DNA from: Takakia lepidozioides
Taxonomy: Eukaryota; Plantae; Bryophyta
Assembly: GCA_030704615.1 (NCBI GenBank)
Contig: CM060733.1
Coordinates: 41,726,001-41,790,000 of the forward strand
DNA: 64,000 nt
Direction: 5' to 3'
Shown: positions 51,500 through 63,000 of the stretch, piece by piece
How positions within the stretch are numbered: the first letter of the stretch is position 1
Layout: every line of letters begins with the position of its first letter
Translations under genes and position numbers: made by a program
Notes under the pieces: generated by a model
What the model was told of the DNA's origin: nothing
The model's database searches: none
The model's input: only the letters and a program-made list of their open reading frames with translations

Positions 51500-54134
51500 C
51501 CTGACTGCCATCCAGGCCTGTAGGATGCTGACTCTTCCCAGAAGTCCAGGGTGAAGCCCATGGGGTATAACAATGCCCCACCAACGAGGACATCGTAAGA
51601 GACCGCGTCTGTCACAATGGCCTTGGCTCGCATCACTGAGCTATTTACAGGATGATCCGGCTGTAGTCTAATGGCCAACTGATGCCGTGTCATGCCTCGA
51701 GCCTGCTCTGATCCTCCCAGAGATATCTGTATCTGGAAAGGACAAGGCTCCATATCCGCCTCCATGAGGCCCAAACCTGCAATAGCGACTCTGCCCAACA
51801 TCAGTGGCTGAGCTCCCGAGTCCAACAAGACCCGAAGTGGCCGGTATTTCTTGCCTGCCAGTCCACTCAATGAGAAAATGCCTCCCTGGTTGTCTAACAA
51901 GACAATTCCAGGTGTCACCGTGGCGCGCTCAAAGGCTGGTCTAGCTGGCAGCTCCGTCAACCTGGCAGCTGCAGCTTGCCATGGCGCAGCCGTGGCAGTC
52001 TTGACCCTCAAATCCGAGGATCCCTCTGCCACTACACCTTCCACTAACTCCGCAAAAGATGAAGTGACCTCCCCACTCTCACAGAGTGTTGCTGCTAGTC
52101 TGAACACTACAGCTGGTCTCACCCCCGGCGTCGCAATCATGGTTGCCGAGAACAGTGAGGCTTGGTAACTAAAAAGAGGAATGAAGGACAAGCAGCACGA
52201 CTGCTCTGAGTGGGCAGCCATCCCGGGTTTCACCCTCGCACTGGGCACCAGAACACCCAACAACATCACCAGCCGCACTAGCCTGGCAGCAGATGTCAGT
52301 GCTGCACGTGTAGCTCTCCCAATGGCATAGTAACCTTTGCCTCGGTGACAGTTCGGGCGAGAACTAGGTGCCATGGATGGCGTCGACACAGTCTCCGCCA
52401 ATGTGAATGACTGAGGAAGCCTCGCCTGACGGCTTGCCTCTCTACGTTGTGAGATCCAATTCCACCTCTGCACCTCGTGGCTCAGGAACTCGTGATGCCT
52501 CCTTGAGTCACGGCTGCAGCAGACTCCACCTGCTCTAGTTGGTTAGCCGCTGCTCCGCCCATAAATCCCATGCCTCCCCATCTCCTCCCTCGGAGCAGGA
52601 GGTGGACCATCCCGCTATAGGAGCGGGCGGTACCGCCCTGAGCCATAGCCATGGCAGCAAGCTCTGCTCTAGCTGCTGAAGCCGCCCGTTGGCCATGCCT
52701 TGGTCAACACCCTGACCTCCGCGTCCTTGGCCATGTGGAGCTTGCCCCTTGACCTGCACCTCGTGCCCGACCACCTCGTCCTCTTGGGCTGGTCCACCTC
52801 GCCCCCGGCCACCATTGTTCCCTTGGAACTGGCTTGGGCGCAACTCAGGATGCAAGTCATAACACTGGGCATCTCCATGCCCATACTTGCCATAATTCCC
52901 ACACTGCAGCTGTGCAGGCTGTGCTTTGTGTCGGCCTTTCTGCCACTCTCTGGGCAATAATCTCTTTTACATGGGGTCCTCCACATGTCCAACATACCAC
53001 CCCTGGTTGCTGTTGGCCTGCAAAAGATGCCACGCGGCCTCTGCATCTGAGGTCCCCTGTAAGCTCCATGGAACTTGGGTTGGGCAACCTTGCCCCCCTG
53101 ACCACGTTGTTGGGGCAGTTCCTTGTGCCTGTGGGCTGGCAGCTGCGCCTTGTGCAGGCATGTCCTTGCCAAATCCAATGGTAACAACTCGCTCCTCCAC
53201 CATGTTGAGCTCAATCCGCTCAGCCAGCAGAAACACATCTGCTAATGTGGGTTGGGCTGCTTATAACAAGGTTGCATCTCGCACCCTTCTCTTGAGCTCC
53301 TTGTCCAGAATTCCATACCAAAACTGGATTTCCTGAGCTTCAGTAAACCCTTGGGTCACACTTATCAAGCGCCTCATACGAGTGTACACCTCTCGCAGGC
53401 TCTCACTGGGTTTGCGCTGGAAGTCTTGCAAGCTTCGCAGCTTCTCAGTCCGTACACTTTGGTAGTTCATCCGCAACTCCTGGAAGAACTCCACCACCGG
53501 GTTGAATCTAGGACACATGTGTTGTAGTCGTGGGAGGAGAAAGTAGTAGCACCCTCTCCAGAAGTACTACGGCACTACTAGTGCTAGCCGTGGGAGGTAT
53601 TGGGACTAATGCAGCTACTGGTCGTGTTGTTCCCCGAGTAATGGAGACGTAGTCAGGTGACCAATACATCCTCCACTCTTCAATTTCTGCTTCATAGTCC
53701 TCGCTCGCCTGAACTCGTGGTAATCGTCACGTAGGCGGGCCTTCCAAACGCTGGAACAATCCCTTCACGCCATAATGGGGTGAACAGCTGTGGATTGCGC
53801 ATCTGCTGCAAATCACACCAACTGTCGAACTCCTGGATAAAGTCATCCAGCTCGATTGTGCCCACAGCTCCAGAGTACCTACGAGGCCCCTTGGGACTCC
53901 ATACATCTCCTCCATGTCGTCCCACAACAATGGCGAAGAAAACTGCACACTTGTTGATGAAACCTCCGGGTCTGTGTCAGACTCTACAGTAGTTGAGGGT
54001 AGAGGTGAAGGTGGTCTGAACCGAATACCTCGTCTTGTGAACCCACTCTCACTCCACGCTACTGCCTGAGCCGTACTCCCCTCAAAACCCTGGGGTAACT
54101 CCGTGATGACACTCACAATGTGCACCTCCTCCAC
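51500..54134 (-). mobile_element. gag-protease part of the DNMT-carrying element family (copy C), frameshifted and truncated just before the DNMT
   Basis: Homologous to 60026-61773; CWTCGGPH and CGNYGKYGHGDAQC knuckles, VLLDSGAQP; ends at YRPGWQSG. Confidence 0.92.
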
Positions 54135-54146
54135 GTGACACTATAA

Positions 54147-54159
54147 GGCTCTAGTACTA
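54147..54159 (-). promoter_or_regulatory. Degenerate tRNA-Met-like primer-binding site of copy C
   Basis: TAGTACTAGAGCC just upstream of gag, 3 mismatches to TGGTATCAGAGCC. Confidence 0.45.
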
Positions 54160-55022
54160 ATCTAATAGTGACACGGGTGGGCACGTGTTGCAGTTTAAGG
54201 GTCATATCCCAATGGCTCAGGGCACCTGCACTTGCATCCACCGCAAGAACTCCTATGGTTGGCTGGTCATCAACCCAGCCTCACCATAGAAGAAACTACT
54301 GGTGGTCTTGCTGGTCATCACTCCAGCCTCACCACCAACCGACACATACTCTAGGATTGACCGGTGATCAAATCCGGCCTAATCCCTATGAAAGCAAGCG
54401 CCCACACAAAACCAACATGGCGCACAATCAAGCATGCAGGTGTTGGGGGGGATCCAAACACAAGAAATCAAAACATCAACACCCCCACACCAAAATCCAG
54501 CTGCAATGCTGATCTTACAGAATAGCCCAGCCCAAAACCCCGGACTGACTGGCCTCCACCAAGAGAGGCTTTGGCAACTACAAGTACAAGGTAATGAAAA
54601 ATAGTACAGAGATGGAGGGGAAGAAAGAAAAGCGGCCACCCAGCAAGATCTAATCCTGATCTATGCTATCAACTGCCAGACTTCTCTCAAAGTGCCTCGC
54701 TCTGCATGATGGTAAGGTGTAGGAGGTATATCTATGTCCAGAAACTTGCCACTAACCTTGTCCCAAGCTACAGTAGCTCGCTCTAACCAACCCTCCTCCT
54801 CTTTCTGCCAGGTAGAGACAAAACATTACCAAGAAGCTCATAAATCAATAAATATTGTGAGGATTACAGAAAGTATGCTTATGGATAGCCATGTAGCCTG
54901 ACGAGCCAGAGGATGCTTGCAGTCAGGAATCTGAAGGTCAAGATGTTCAGGAAATTTGTCAGAGACAAGTCCCAGCTGAGGAGCAAGCATTTGTTGATAT
55001 CCCAGAAGACCCATGTGGAGGT

Positions 55023-56330
55023 GTGGTGCGGGGAACAGGTGCTTCCAATATTAGTGATATTTGGTTCAATGATGAGGAGAAAACTTGTCTTGAACCCCTG
55101 GATGTTGAAACCAATGCCCCTCTTGTTCGATGTAAGAATGTCAAGTACACACAACCAAAGGAAGTGCTTGAGGCAGCTGATATGCATGATTCGACAGAGC
55201 CACATATCTCTGTGGATTTGGAAGCAGAATTGTGTGAAAGTGGCAAGCCCTCTCTGGCACTGAAGGGCATGTCATACTGGGTAGATGAATCCAAGTCTGT
55301 TTCACTTGGTGAGCCAGGGAAGGAATTAAAGCAGCTGGAAACCCCAGATCCAGACCACGTGACATCCCTGGCTGTAGGCCTAGAGCAAAGTACAGGGTCA
55401 ATCATAGCCTTGTTCAGCATTTTGATCCCATGAGTTACCCCAGCTGGGAGGAAGTGCAGAACTGCAATCCACAGGAGCAAGCAGTTGAGGCAGCAACCAA
55501 TTTTGGGCTTTCAAGGCCCTTGGCGGCTACTAATGGAGGGCTATGCAGAAACAGTCAGGGATTGCAAGGTGCTTTGTTGAAGAACACCTCCTTGAAGTCA
55601 GGTGGAAGGACTTCAACATCGGTGAGCAGCATAGATATGTCCCAGAACACGGACACAAGTTCCTCGTGCCCTAGCAATTTAATGTGGGAAGATCCACACT
55701 CTGGCTCGAACACCAGGTTTAAGCTAAAACAATCTGAGCTAGAAATGGCTCATGTATTCTATGTGAGTGAGCCACTTTCTCTGCCACCTGAAGTTTGCCT
55801 AGTTGAACCTCAGGGGGAGTTACTGTCAGGGCTCCCAGACAGTCAAAGTACAAAGTACTTCGACACCAGGTTGGAACTCCCTGCTGACAGTGCAAGGAGT
55901 AACAGCTTCCATGGAGGAAGCAGACAAGGCCTGGATCAAGCTAAAGAAGCAATGTCACCAGAGTTGGATTACTTTGTAGACATTTTGGGACCACATACTA
56001 ATAGTAATTTGCAGATGATAGAAAATTGCAGTGCTGAAAATGTGCTGGCTTCGAGAGGTGAACTGGAGACCAGAAAAATTGACCTTGTAAGAGATATAAG
56101 GGCACTTGATAGTTTGAAATGTGAGGAGTCCCTGCACAGCAACAAAACTCCAGTTGGTGACAAGGCTTGTGAGGACAGGAACACGGATATAAAGGATGAA
56201 TCTGACTGGGAGATGGTCAATGCTGTGAAGGGCATTGAAATGTCTGGGGTAATGGGCTTATCTCACTCAAAGACAGTACAAACACTGCACAGTGTGGACC
56301 AAGTTAAAGAGCAGATCATGGAGAAGGTAA
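55023..56330 (+). pseudogene. Large acidic/Ser-rich exon fragment of an unidentified gene, frameshift near 55430
   Basis: Abutting ORFs 55023-55433 and 55430-56464; AAG/GTAAG donor near 56327; no recognisable domain. Confidence 0.4.
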
Positions 56331-56365
56331 GAAATGAGAATGCACGAGTTCCAAGCGAGTCTCAC

Positions 56366-56608
56366 CTCTTCTGCCCGACTGATGCCATCCACAACGACAG
56401 CTTTTCCCTTGAGCGTGACCACACAGCGCACGTCGCCGTTGTAGAATCGCAGTCGGAGCACTGACCTTTGTGACCTCAATTCTTGGGTGGAGCCATCGAA
56501 GAAGATGTTCTCCTGCTGGTATGTGACCTCATGTGTTGGGGCCAGTAACAAAGCAACCTTTTCATGTGCAGCTGCATCAGGCAGCCTCAGCTTCACTTCG
56601 ACTTCCAT
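56366..56608 (-). pseudogene. TTM3: Exon 1 of a CYTH-domain triphosphate tunnel metalloenzyme; downstream exons not found
   Basis: MEVEVKLRL...QENIFFDG...VLRLRFY...CVVTLKGKAVVVDGISRAEE with the ExExK motif, then a GTGAG donor. Confidence 0.88.
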
Positions 56609-56827
56609 CCGCTCCCTACCCTCTTAGATCCGAGCTGGAGTTGAAATACGTGCAACTGTGGAAGCGTGTGTGGTACCGGTACAAGCAGAGAGGGAAGCCA
56701 TGGCTCAAGTGGAGGAGAGAATAGGAACCCTATCTCTTCTCTCAAAGCTGAAAAGATTAACCTAATAAAATACATACAAAATGTCGAAATATATTAGGTC
56801 CCTGCGAGCGTTTGCTTGCATGTCAGA

Positions 56828-57883
56828 ATGGAAGAGGGAGTGCAGCGATTGCAAAAGCGACTGGCGGAGGTCGAGGCTGTGGCAGACGAGTTCCTGCTTG
56901 TCCGCCAGCAGGTTGGCACAGACCTCATCTAAGCAGGCATGGTGATGATTATGTGTATGTTTTACATGGTTTCTTAAGTTTTCTTTACCGCCCAACTCAT
57001 GAATCGACGCAGAGGATCCAGCCTCATCGCATAACAGTGAATAGATCTATGAAAGGTTTGTGATTGAATCATTGTGACCTGAGATTGCCTGTATTTCTTC
57101 CTAGACAACCCCAAGAAAATTCTATCGCATCTGAGTGAGTAGAGCCACTCCTCTGTCCTATACTAGTGTGTAATTTTGTAGCGTCTGTCACGGAATGTCG
57201 GACCTGTTGTTGTAAGGAAATTTTCTCTCCCGTTCTTGTGGTTCTTTGAAAATCTTAGAAAGTCTGGTTGGTTCTCCATGTGGGTAGCTGGTGGAGTGCG
57301 ACAGATTGCGTAATGGGAACAGAGAAGCATTGACGGCCTTACGCAAGCAGGCTCGCACCTCTCGCTCCAGTGTCCTCTCGCAGGAACTGGAGGCTCAAAA
57401 TACGAATGCAGGGGAAGGGGGATGCCTCACTTGTGGAGAACATGATGGGACGGCACCTGTTTGGGTGATATGGCCGGGCTCTGATATGTTCGTCCGCCAT
57501 CCCTTTCATCAAGTTCACGGTGATCTGGAAGAAGGTTGGTTACACATGTTATAATTTTCCCACCAACTTTGATTCTCGCTGTCTTATGTTGGGTCAAAAA
57601 TCCTGCCATGACATCGTTAGCAGATGAGAGACACATAAGGTGGGGAGGCTTGGGAGGAGGAAACAACAATACATTCGGTAACCACTGCAAAATGCAGAAG
57701 CACCATATCTAACAAGCAAATCGTGTGATTGCAGAGCAAGAGAAACTAGAGCTGGCAGTGAAGAAGCTCCAAAGTGTCGTGAAGGATAATTCACTAACGC
57801 TTTCAGAAAAGGGAGGTCTGTCAGATAGGATAAGCCCCAATTTACTCAAGGCATTTGTAACCCTGGATGACAAGTCCAGCTGA
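56828..57883 (+). CDS. PDRG1: PDRG1-like prefoldin-family protein, 159 aa, exons 56828-56911, 57288-57534, 57735-57883
   Basis: GT-AG introns keep the frame (480 nt total): MEEGVQRL...LLVRQQ/LVECDRLRNGNREALTALRK...CLTCG...PFH/EQEKLE...LLKAFVTL. Confidence 0.88.
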
Positions 57884-58690
57884 TTTGCAGGGGGAGTCTC
57901 TGACGCACCCAAGCATAGGCAGTCTTTGAGGGTGCACTTTTGGATGTTAATCAGCAAGGAAAAAAAATTTGGGGACTGTCCCTGCAGCTCTTTGAAATAC
58001 TGAGCTTAATGTTAGTCATTCCTACCAGCGAGCATCCTGAGTGAAATGGAGGTCGTGGTGTAGTTGCAATAATAGGTAGTTTCATTGTGAATCTGTTATG
58101 AAAGAGATCTCTCTTTGTACATTTCGCACTTTGATGGGTATGTTGAGCAGAACTTACGCTTCAAAAAAACGTACTGTCACCGTGAAATTTCTGTAACAGT
58201 GCAATCTTCCTAATTCTCCCTTGTCTGCTTGAGAATGGCAGCTGATATCTTTGCAAAGAAGGAAAAAGTGATCAAGTCTTATAAGAAAGAGCTACTAGAG
58301 CCACATCACCAACAAAACATAGCACAAATTGGTTTCAAGAATTAAAGGACAGGAGACCTTGATGTGGAGCTTGACATTCTCCCTGTACTATCCAAATTGT
58401 TTGATTCTGGGGAGAAGTAAACAATCCTTACTTGTGATTGTGGATATTTGCACTTGCTTTACTTTCTGGAGAAAACTCTGGAACAGCAGCAAGTCATATG
58501 TGTACAAACTCTGCTCCAGCAAGGATGGCAGTTGACCAAAAACAGCTAGTATCTCTTAGCTGTTTGCACTGACAGCAAGATAGCATGAATTTCCCCCAAC
58601 TTCTCTTTGGGGGACCACAGTTCCAATGCCTGTAGAGATGTCGATACTCAAAACCTCGTGGTAAAGTCTTCCAAATTCTCACGAAGGCAG

Positions 58691-58766
58691 CTTCACAAAA
58701 CAAGTGTTATTCGGAAACCCTAAACCCTAAACCCTAGTGTTTCCGAATAACACTTGTTTTGTGAAG
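58691..58766. repeat. 28-bp perfect inverted repeat enclosing ~3 plant telomere repeats
   Basis: Arms 58691-58718 and 58739-58766; centre AAACCCTAAACCCTAAACCCTAG. Confidence 0.93.
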
Positions 58767-59960
58767 ACGTCACGTCACTCCCATATTCTGACTCCTTGCT
58801 GAAGTCCAATTTAGGACTGTCCACATGTCGACACAAGCCACTCTCATCATCCTCGACTGCACAATCTAGGGGCTCTTGCAGGTGGCATCTCTCTTTGTAC
58901 GTAACCAATCCCCCAACTTCCACACAAGCAGTCTCAACTTTGACTACCATGTTATCTACAGCTCCCTGTGCACATCTAGGGTCTTTGACGCATTCTGAGT
59001 TAATGCCCTCAGGATGGCGATCGTGCATGATCAATTCATCTGCTTGTCGCGACAAATGCAGCCCTTTCGGTCCATCCTCATTGTGGGAGCATCCATTCCC
59101 GCTGATTCTAGCAGACTCGCCACCTTCCTTACATGCTGTCTGACCCTTGGGGACTGAATAGTTAATGGCCAGACTCCCAAGCTCAGGCTCAGTACTGTTT
59201 GCCAAGATACGGTTTTCCAAGAGGCTGAATGAATGCACCTTATTATTTGCCCTCACTGAATCAAACTCTTGGGCCCTCTTGAACTTCTTCTCTTCGGAGT
59301 GGGTTTGCTCGCAACTCATATAACTAGGAAAGTAGTCATTATCACCAAAGTTTGTCCCCTCCGAGCAAGGGAGACTCTCCACATCATTCCTATCCATGTA
59401 TGCGTGCTCATGTGGCTTGCTGTCCCTCTCATATTGGTGGGTATCCCAGCTGGAGTTCTTGACCCCCTCTTTATCAAGCACAAGCACCTCAGCATGTCCC
59501 CCCGGTGACAACCGTCTCCCTCTGTCACTCAATGAGTCGTCCTCTGCCTCACTGTTATGTACCATACTAGCACCTTGGTCTGAACTGGCAGTGCTGCTCG
59601 GAGTCGTTGGCTTTGAGTCTATACCTATGTGTGGTTTCCTAAGGGAGATAGAGGCCCTGCTGCTGTGGAATGATGAGATTGAGGTGAATGTCATGAAAGG
59701 TCTAAAGCCATTGGGTGAGCGTTATACTGCTACATTTGTTTTGACACTTTTTGTGAACCCTAAACTTTCTTACAGTGTTAGCTGGAACACATATTTAAAT
59801 CACCTTCACGTAATGGAGACAGATGTTGATCTTCATTCTTTTGACCAAGATGCTCATTCATTTGATGAGGCAACAATACGAAGACCGAGCTGTGTTTCTT
59901 CTTGGAGGTCGGAAGGTGGGGATCATGGTTGGACACGTTCAGGAAACACAGCTGCAGGCT
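58737..59960 (-). pseudogene. Exon fragments of an unidentified low-complexity protein gene, truncated at the telomeric tract
   Basis: 324-aa ORF 59694-58720 running into TTTAGGG repeats; probable intron ~59803-59702. Confidence 0.45.
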
Positions 59961-60025
59961 TTAGCAAGACGATGGTTGCACGATGGTCTGCGTGTGCAAA
60001 GTTCTTACGAGTTTTGTGTTCCTTT

Positions 60026-63000
60026 CCGAAGCTCAGGCAGTCCAATTCTGGTATGGGATATTGGACAAGGAGCTGAGGAGAAGGGTGCGGGATGCAACTC
60101 TCCTACAAGCGGCACAACCCACCTTAGCAAATGTGTTTTTGCTGGCAGAGCGGATAGAGCTCAACATGGTGGAGGAATGAGTGGTCATGGTGGGATTTGC
60201 TAAGGAGACCCCACGGGGTAGTGGTGCTCCTAGCCAACCACTACCTCCACGTGCTCAAGGCAACAAGGGGGCTCAAGTGAAGCTCAGGGAAGGGCAGAGA
60301 GGACCTCAAATGCAGGGGTCTCTCCCTTCATTTGCAGGCCAACACCGGGCGGATGTGGTATGTTGGACATGTGGAGGACCCCATGTCAAGAAGGATTGCC
60401 CAGAGGGAGGCAAAGGGCTAGCATATGCACAGCCTGCACAGTTGCAGTGTGGGCATTGTGGCAAGCACGGGCATGGAGAGGCCCAGTGTTATGACTTGCA
60501 TCCTGAGTTGCGCCCAGGCCAATTCCAAGGGAACAATGGTGGCCGGGGGCGGGGTGGAGCAGCCCAGAGAGGACAAGGTGGCCAGGCACGAGGTGCAGGC
60601 CAAGGACCAGCTCAACATGGCCAAGGACGCGGAGGTCAGGGTGGTGACCAAGGCATGGCCAACCGGCTTCAGCAGCTAGAGCAGAGGCTCGCTGCCATGG
60701 CTACAGCTCAGGTGGTACCGGCTCCAAGGCCGGATGGTCCACCTCTTGCTCCTGAGGGAGGAGATATAGGAAGCATGGGATTCACGTGCGGAGCAGCACT
60801 ACCACTAGTGTAGGTGGAGTCTGCTGCAGCCGTGACTCGAGGAGCAGCATGAGTTCCTGAGCCGCGAGGTGCAAAGGTGGAATCGGATCCACAACGTGGG
60901 GAGGCAAGCCGTCAGGCGAGGCTTCCTCAGTCATTCACATTGGCGGAGACAGTGTCGACGCCATCCATGGCACCTAGTTCTCGCCCGACTGTTACCGAGG
61001 CGGAGGTTACTATGCCATTGGGGAGAGCTACATGGGTAGCACCACTACCTAGTGTTGCAAAGGTTGCGGCAGCTAGTGTGCTGTTGGGAGCGGCCACATC
61101 TGTGTGTCAGGCTCCATTGTTCTCAACTACCATGATTGCGACGCCGGGGGTAAGACCAGCTGAGGTGTTCAGACTGGCAGCTACACTCTGTGAGAGTGGG
61201 GAGGTTACTTCATCTTCTGCGGAGATAGTGGGAGGTGTAGTGCCGGAGGGATCCTTAGATTTGAGGGTCAAGACTGCCACGGCGGCGCCATGGCAAGCTG
61301 CAGTTGCCAGGTTGATGGAGCTGCCAGCTAGGCCAGCCATTGAGCGCGCCATGGTGACACCTGGAGTTGTCTTGTTAGACAACCAGGATGGCATTTTCTG
61401 TTTGAGTGGACCGGTATGCAAGAGGTACTGGCCACTGCGGGTCTTGTTGGACTCGGGAGCTCAGCCATTGATGTTGGGCAAAGCTGCTATTGCAGGCTTG
61501 GGCCTCACGGAGGCGGATATGGATCCTTGTCCTTTCCAGATACATACGTCCCTGGGAGGATTGGAGCAGGCTCGGGGCATGACACGGCATGAGTTGGCTA
61601 TCAGATTACGGCCGGGTCACCCTACAGATGGCTCAGTGATGCGGGCCAAGGCCATTGTGACAGACGCGGTCTTGTATGATGTCCTGGTTGGTGGGGCAGT
61701 GTTGTACCCCATGGGCTTCACCCTGGATTTTTGGGAGGAGTCATCTTCCTATAGGCCTGGATGGCAGTCAGGGTAGGGCCGACGTGTGCAGCTCCCTGTG
61801 ACGTTCATAGGAGGAGTTGCGGTTGCCCAACGAGGCAAGATGCCGACACTGGCAGCATTCACAGCTGCAGTGACTTGGCCTGAAGAGTTGATGGAGGGCA
61901 ATGCCCATGCAGAGGATGTGCCACCTCCAACAGAGCAGGATGACATACATGGTACAACGGAGTTGCCTGCCATGGTTGCTCACACTCCATTGTGGGGTAC
62001 GAGCAAAGATTTGCAGCAGGTTGTTGATTGTCGTGTGCAACAAGCCTGGGTAGAGGCTTTTGTACCGTCAGGAGAGGAGGAGAGTGCGGATATTGCACCA
62101 GGACCACCTCAGTTGTCACCATTGGATACCACACCTATTGTGTGGCAGTATCCGGATGAAGGCATTTGCCTTCTGGACTTGTTTGGCAGGATCAGCACCG
62201 GATTGGCTGCTGTGCTACAGGCAGGTATGCGGGTAAGGCGTTACCTGTATGTGGAGAGAGATGAGACTGCACGATGTGTCTCACTCCGTCATGTTGCTCA
62301 GATGGTGCACTAGTACCCTGAGTTGTTGTCGGTGTCTGCAGTTCGTGGATACCAGCAAGTCTTGCTAGCAGACATTTCGTTGCTGGGGGCGCAGGATTTG
62401 GAGCAGGTTGGCTCCATGAATTTGGTAGTGGCAGGTTGGCCCTGCCAAGGGCATTCATCAGCCGGACATGGCAATGGATTGCGAGACTCGAGGTCGGGTC
62501 TGTTTTGGGAGATGGTGCGGGTTTTGCGTCACTTGCAGCTTCATCAAGCTGTATCTCCAGCATACATCTTGGAGAATGTGCCACTGATGGGCGATTTTCA
62601 GGCCAGGGTGATGGCCAGTGTGCATCAAGTCCGGTCGTGGCTTGGGTCAGCAGTGTTGCTGGATGCAGTTGCAGTGGGATCACGGGCTCATCGTCCACGG
62701 CTATGGTGGACTAACTTGATGCCACCCGCACTGCTCAAGCGTGCATTTGATGGGGTGCAGCGGCCAACACACCTCACAGTGGATAGCATTTTGGACATAG
62801 GGAGGCAGTCGCAACGTGTGAGACACGATGACCATTCGCCTTTGACAGTGGTCAAAAGGGTGGGTAAACCACGAGCAGCATTACCTACACTGCTCAGCTT
62901 CCCCGGATCCCATGCTTTTCGGGATGGTGGTCCTGGCCTCCTGTGGGATGCTCAATTGCAACAGTTAGTGGAGCCTAATGCCAACGAGCGAGAGCGGGCT

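Noticed and set aside
59396-60076. 226-aa plus-strand ORF
   Set aside because: Antisense shadow of the minus-strand exon that crosses a rearrangement junction.
61774-61776. Second programmed stop between protease and DNMT
   Set aside because: Context TAG GGC CGA does not fit CAR-YYA and no second copy covers the site; left unresolved.
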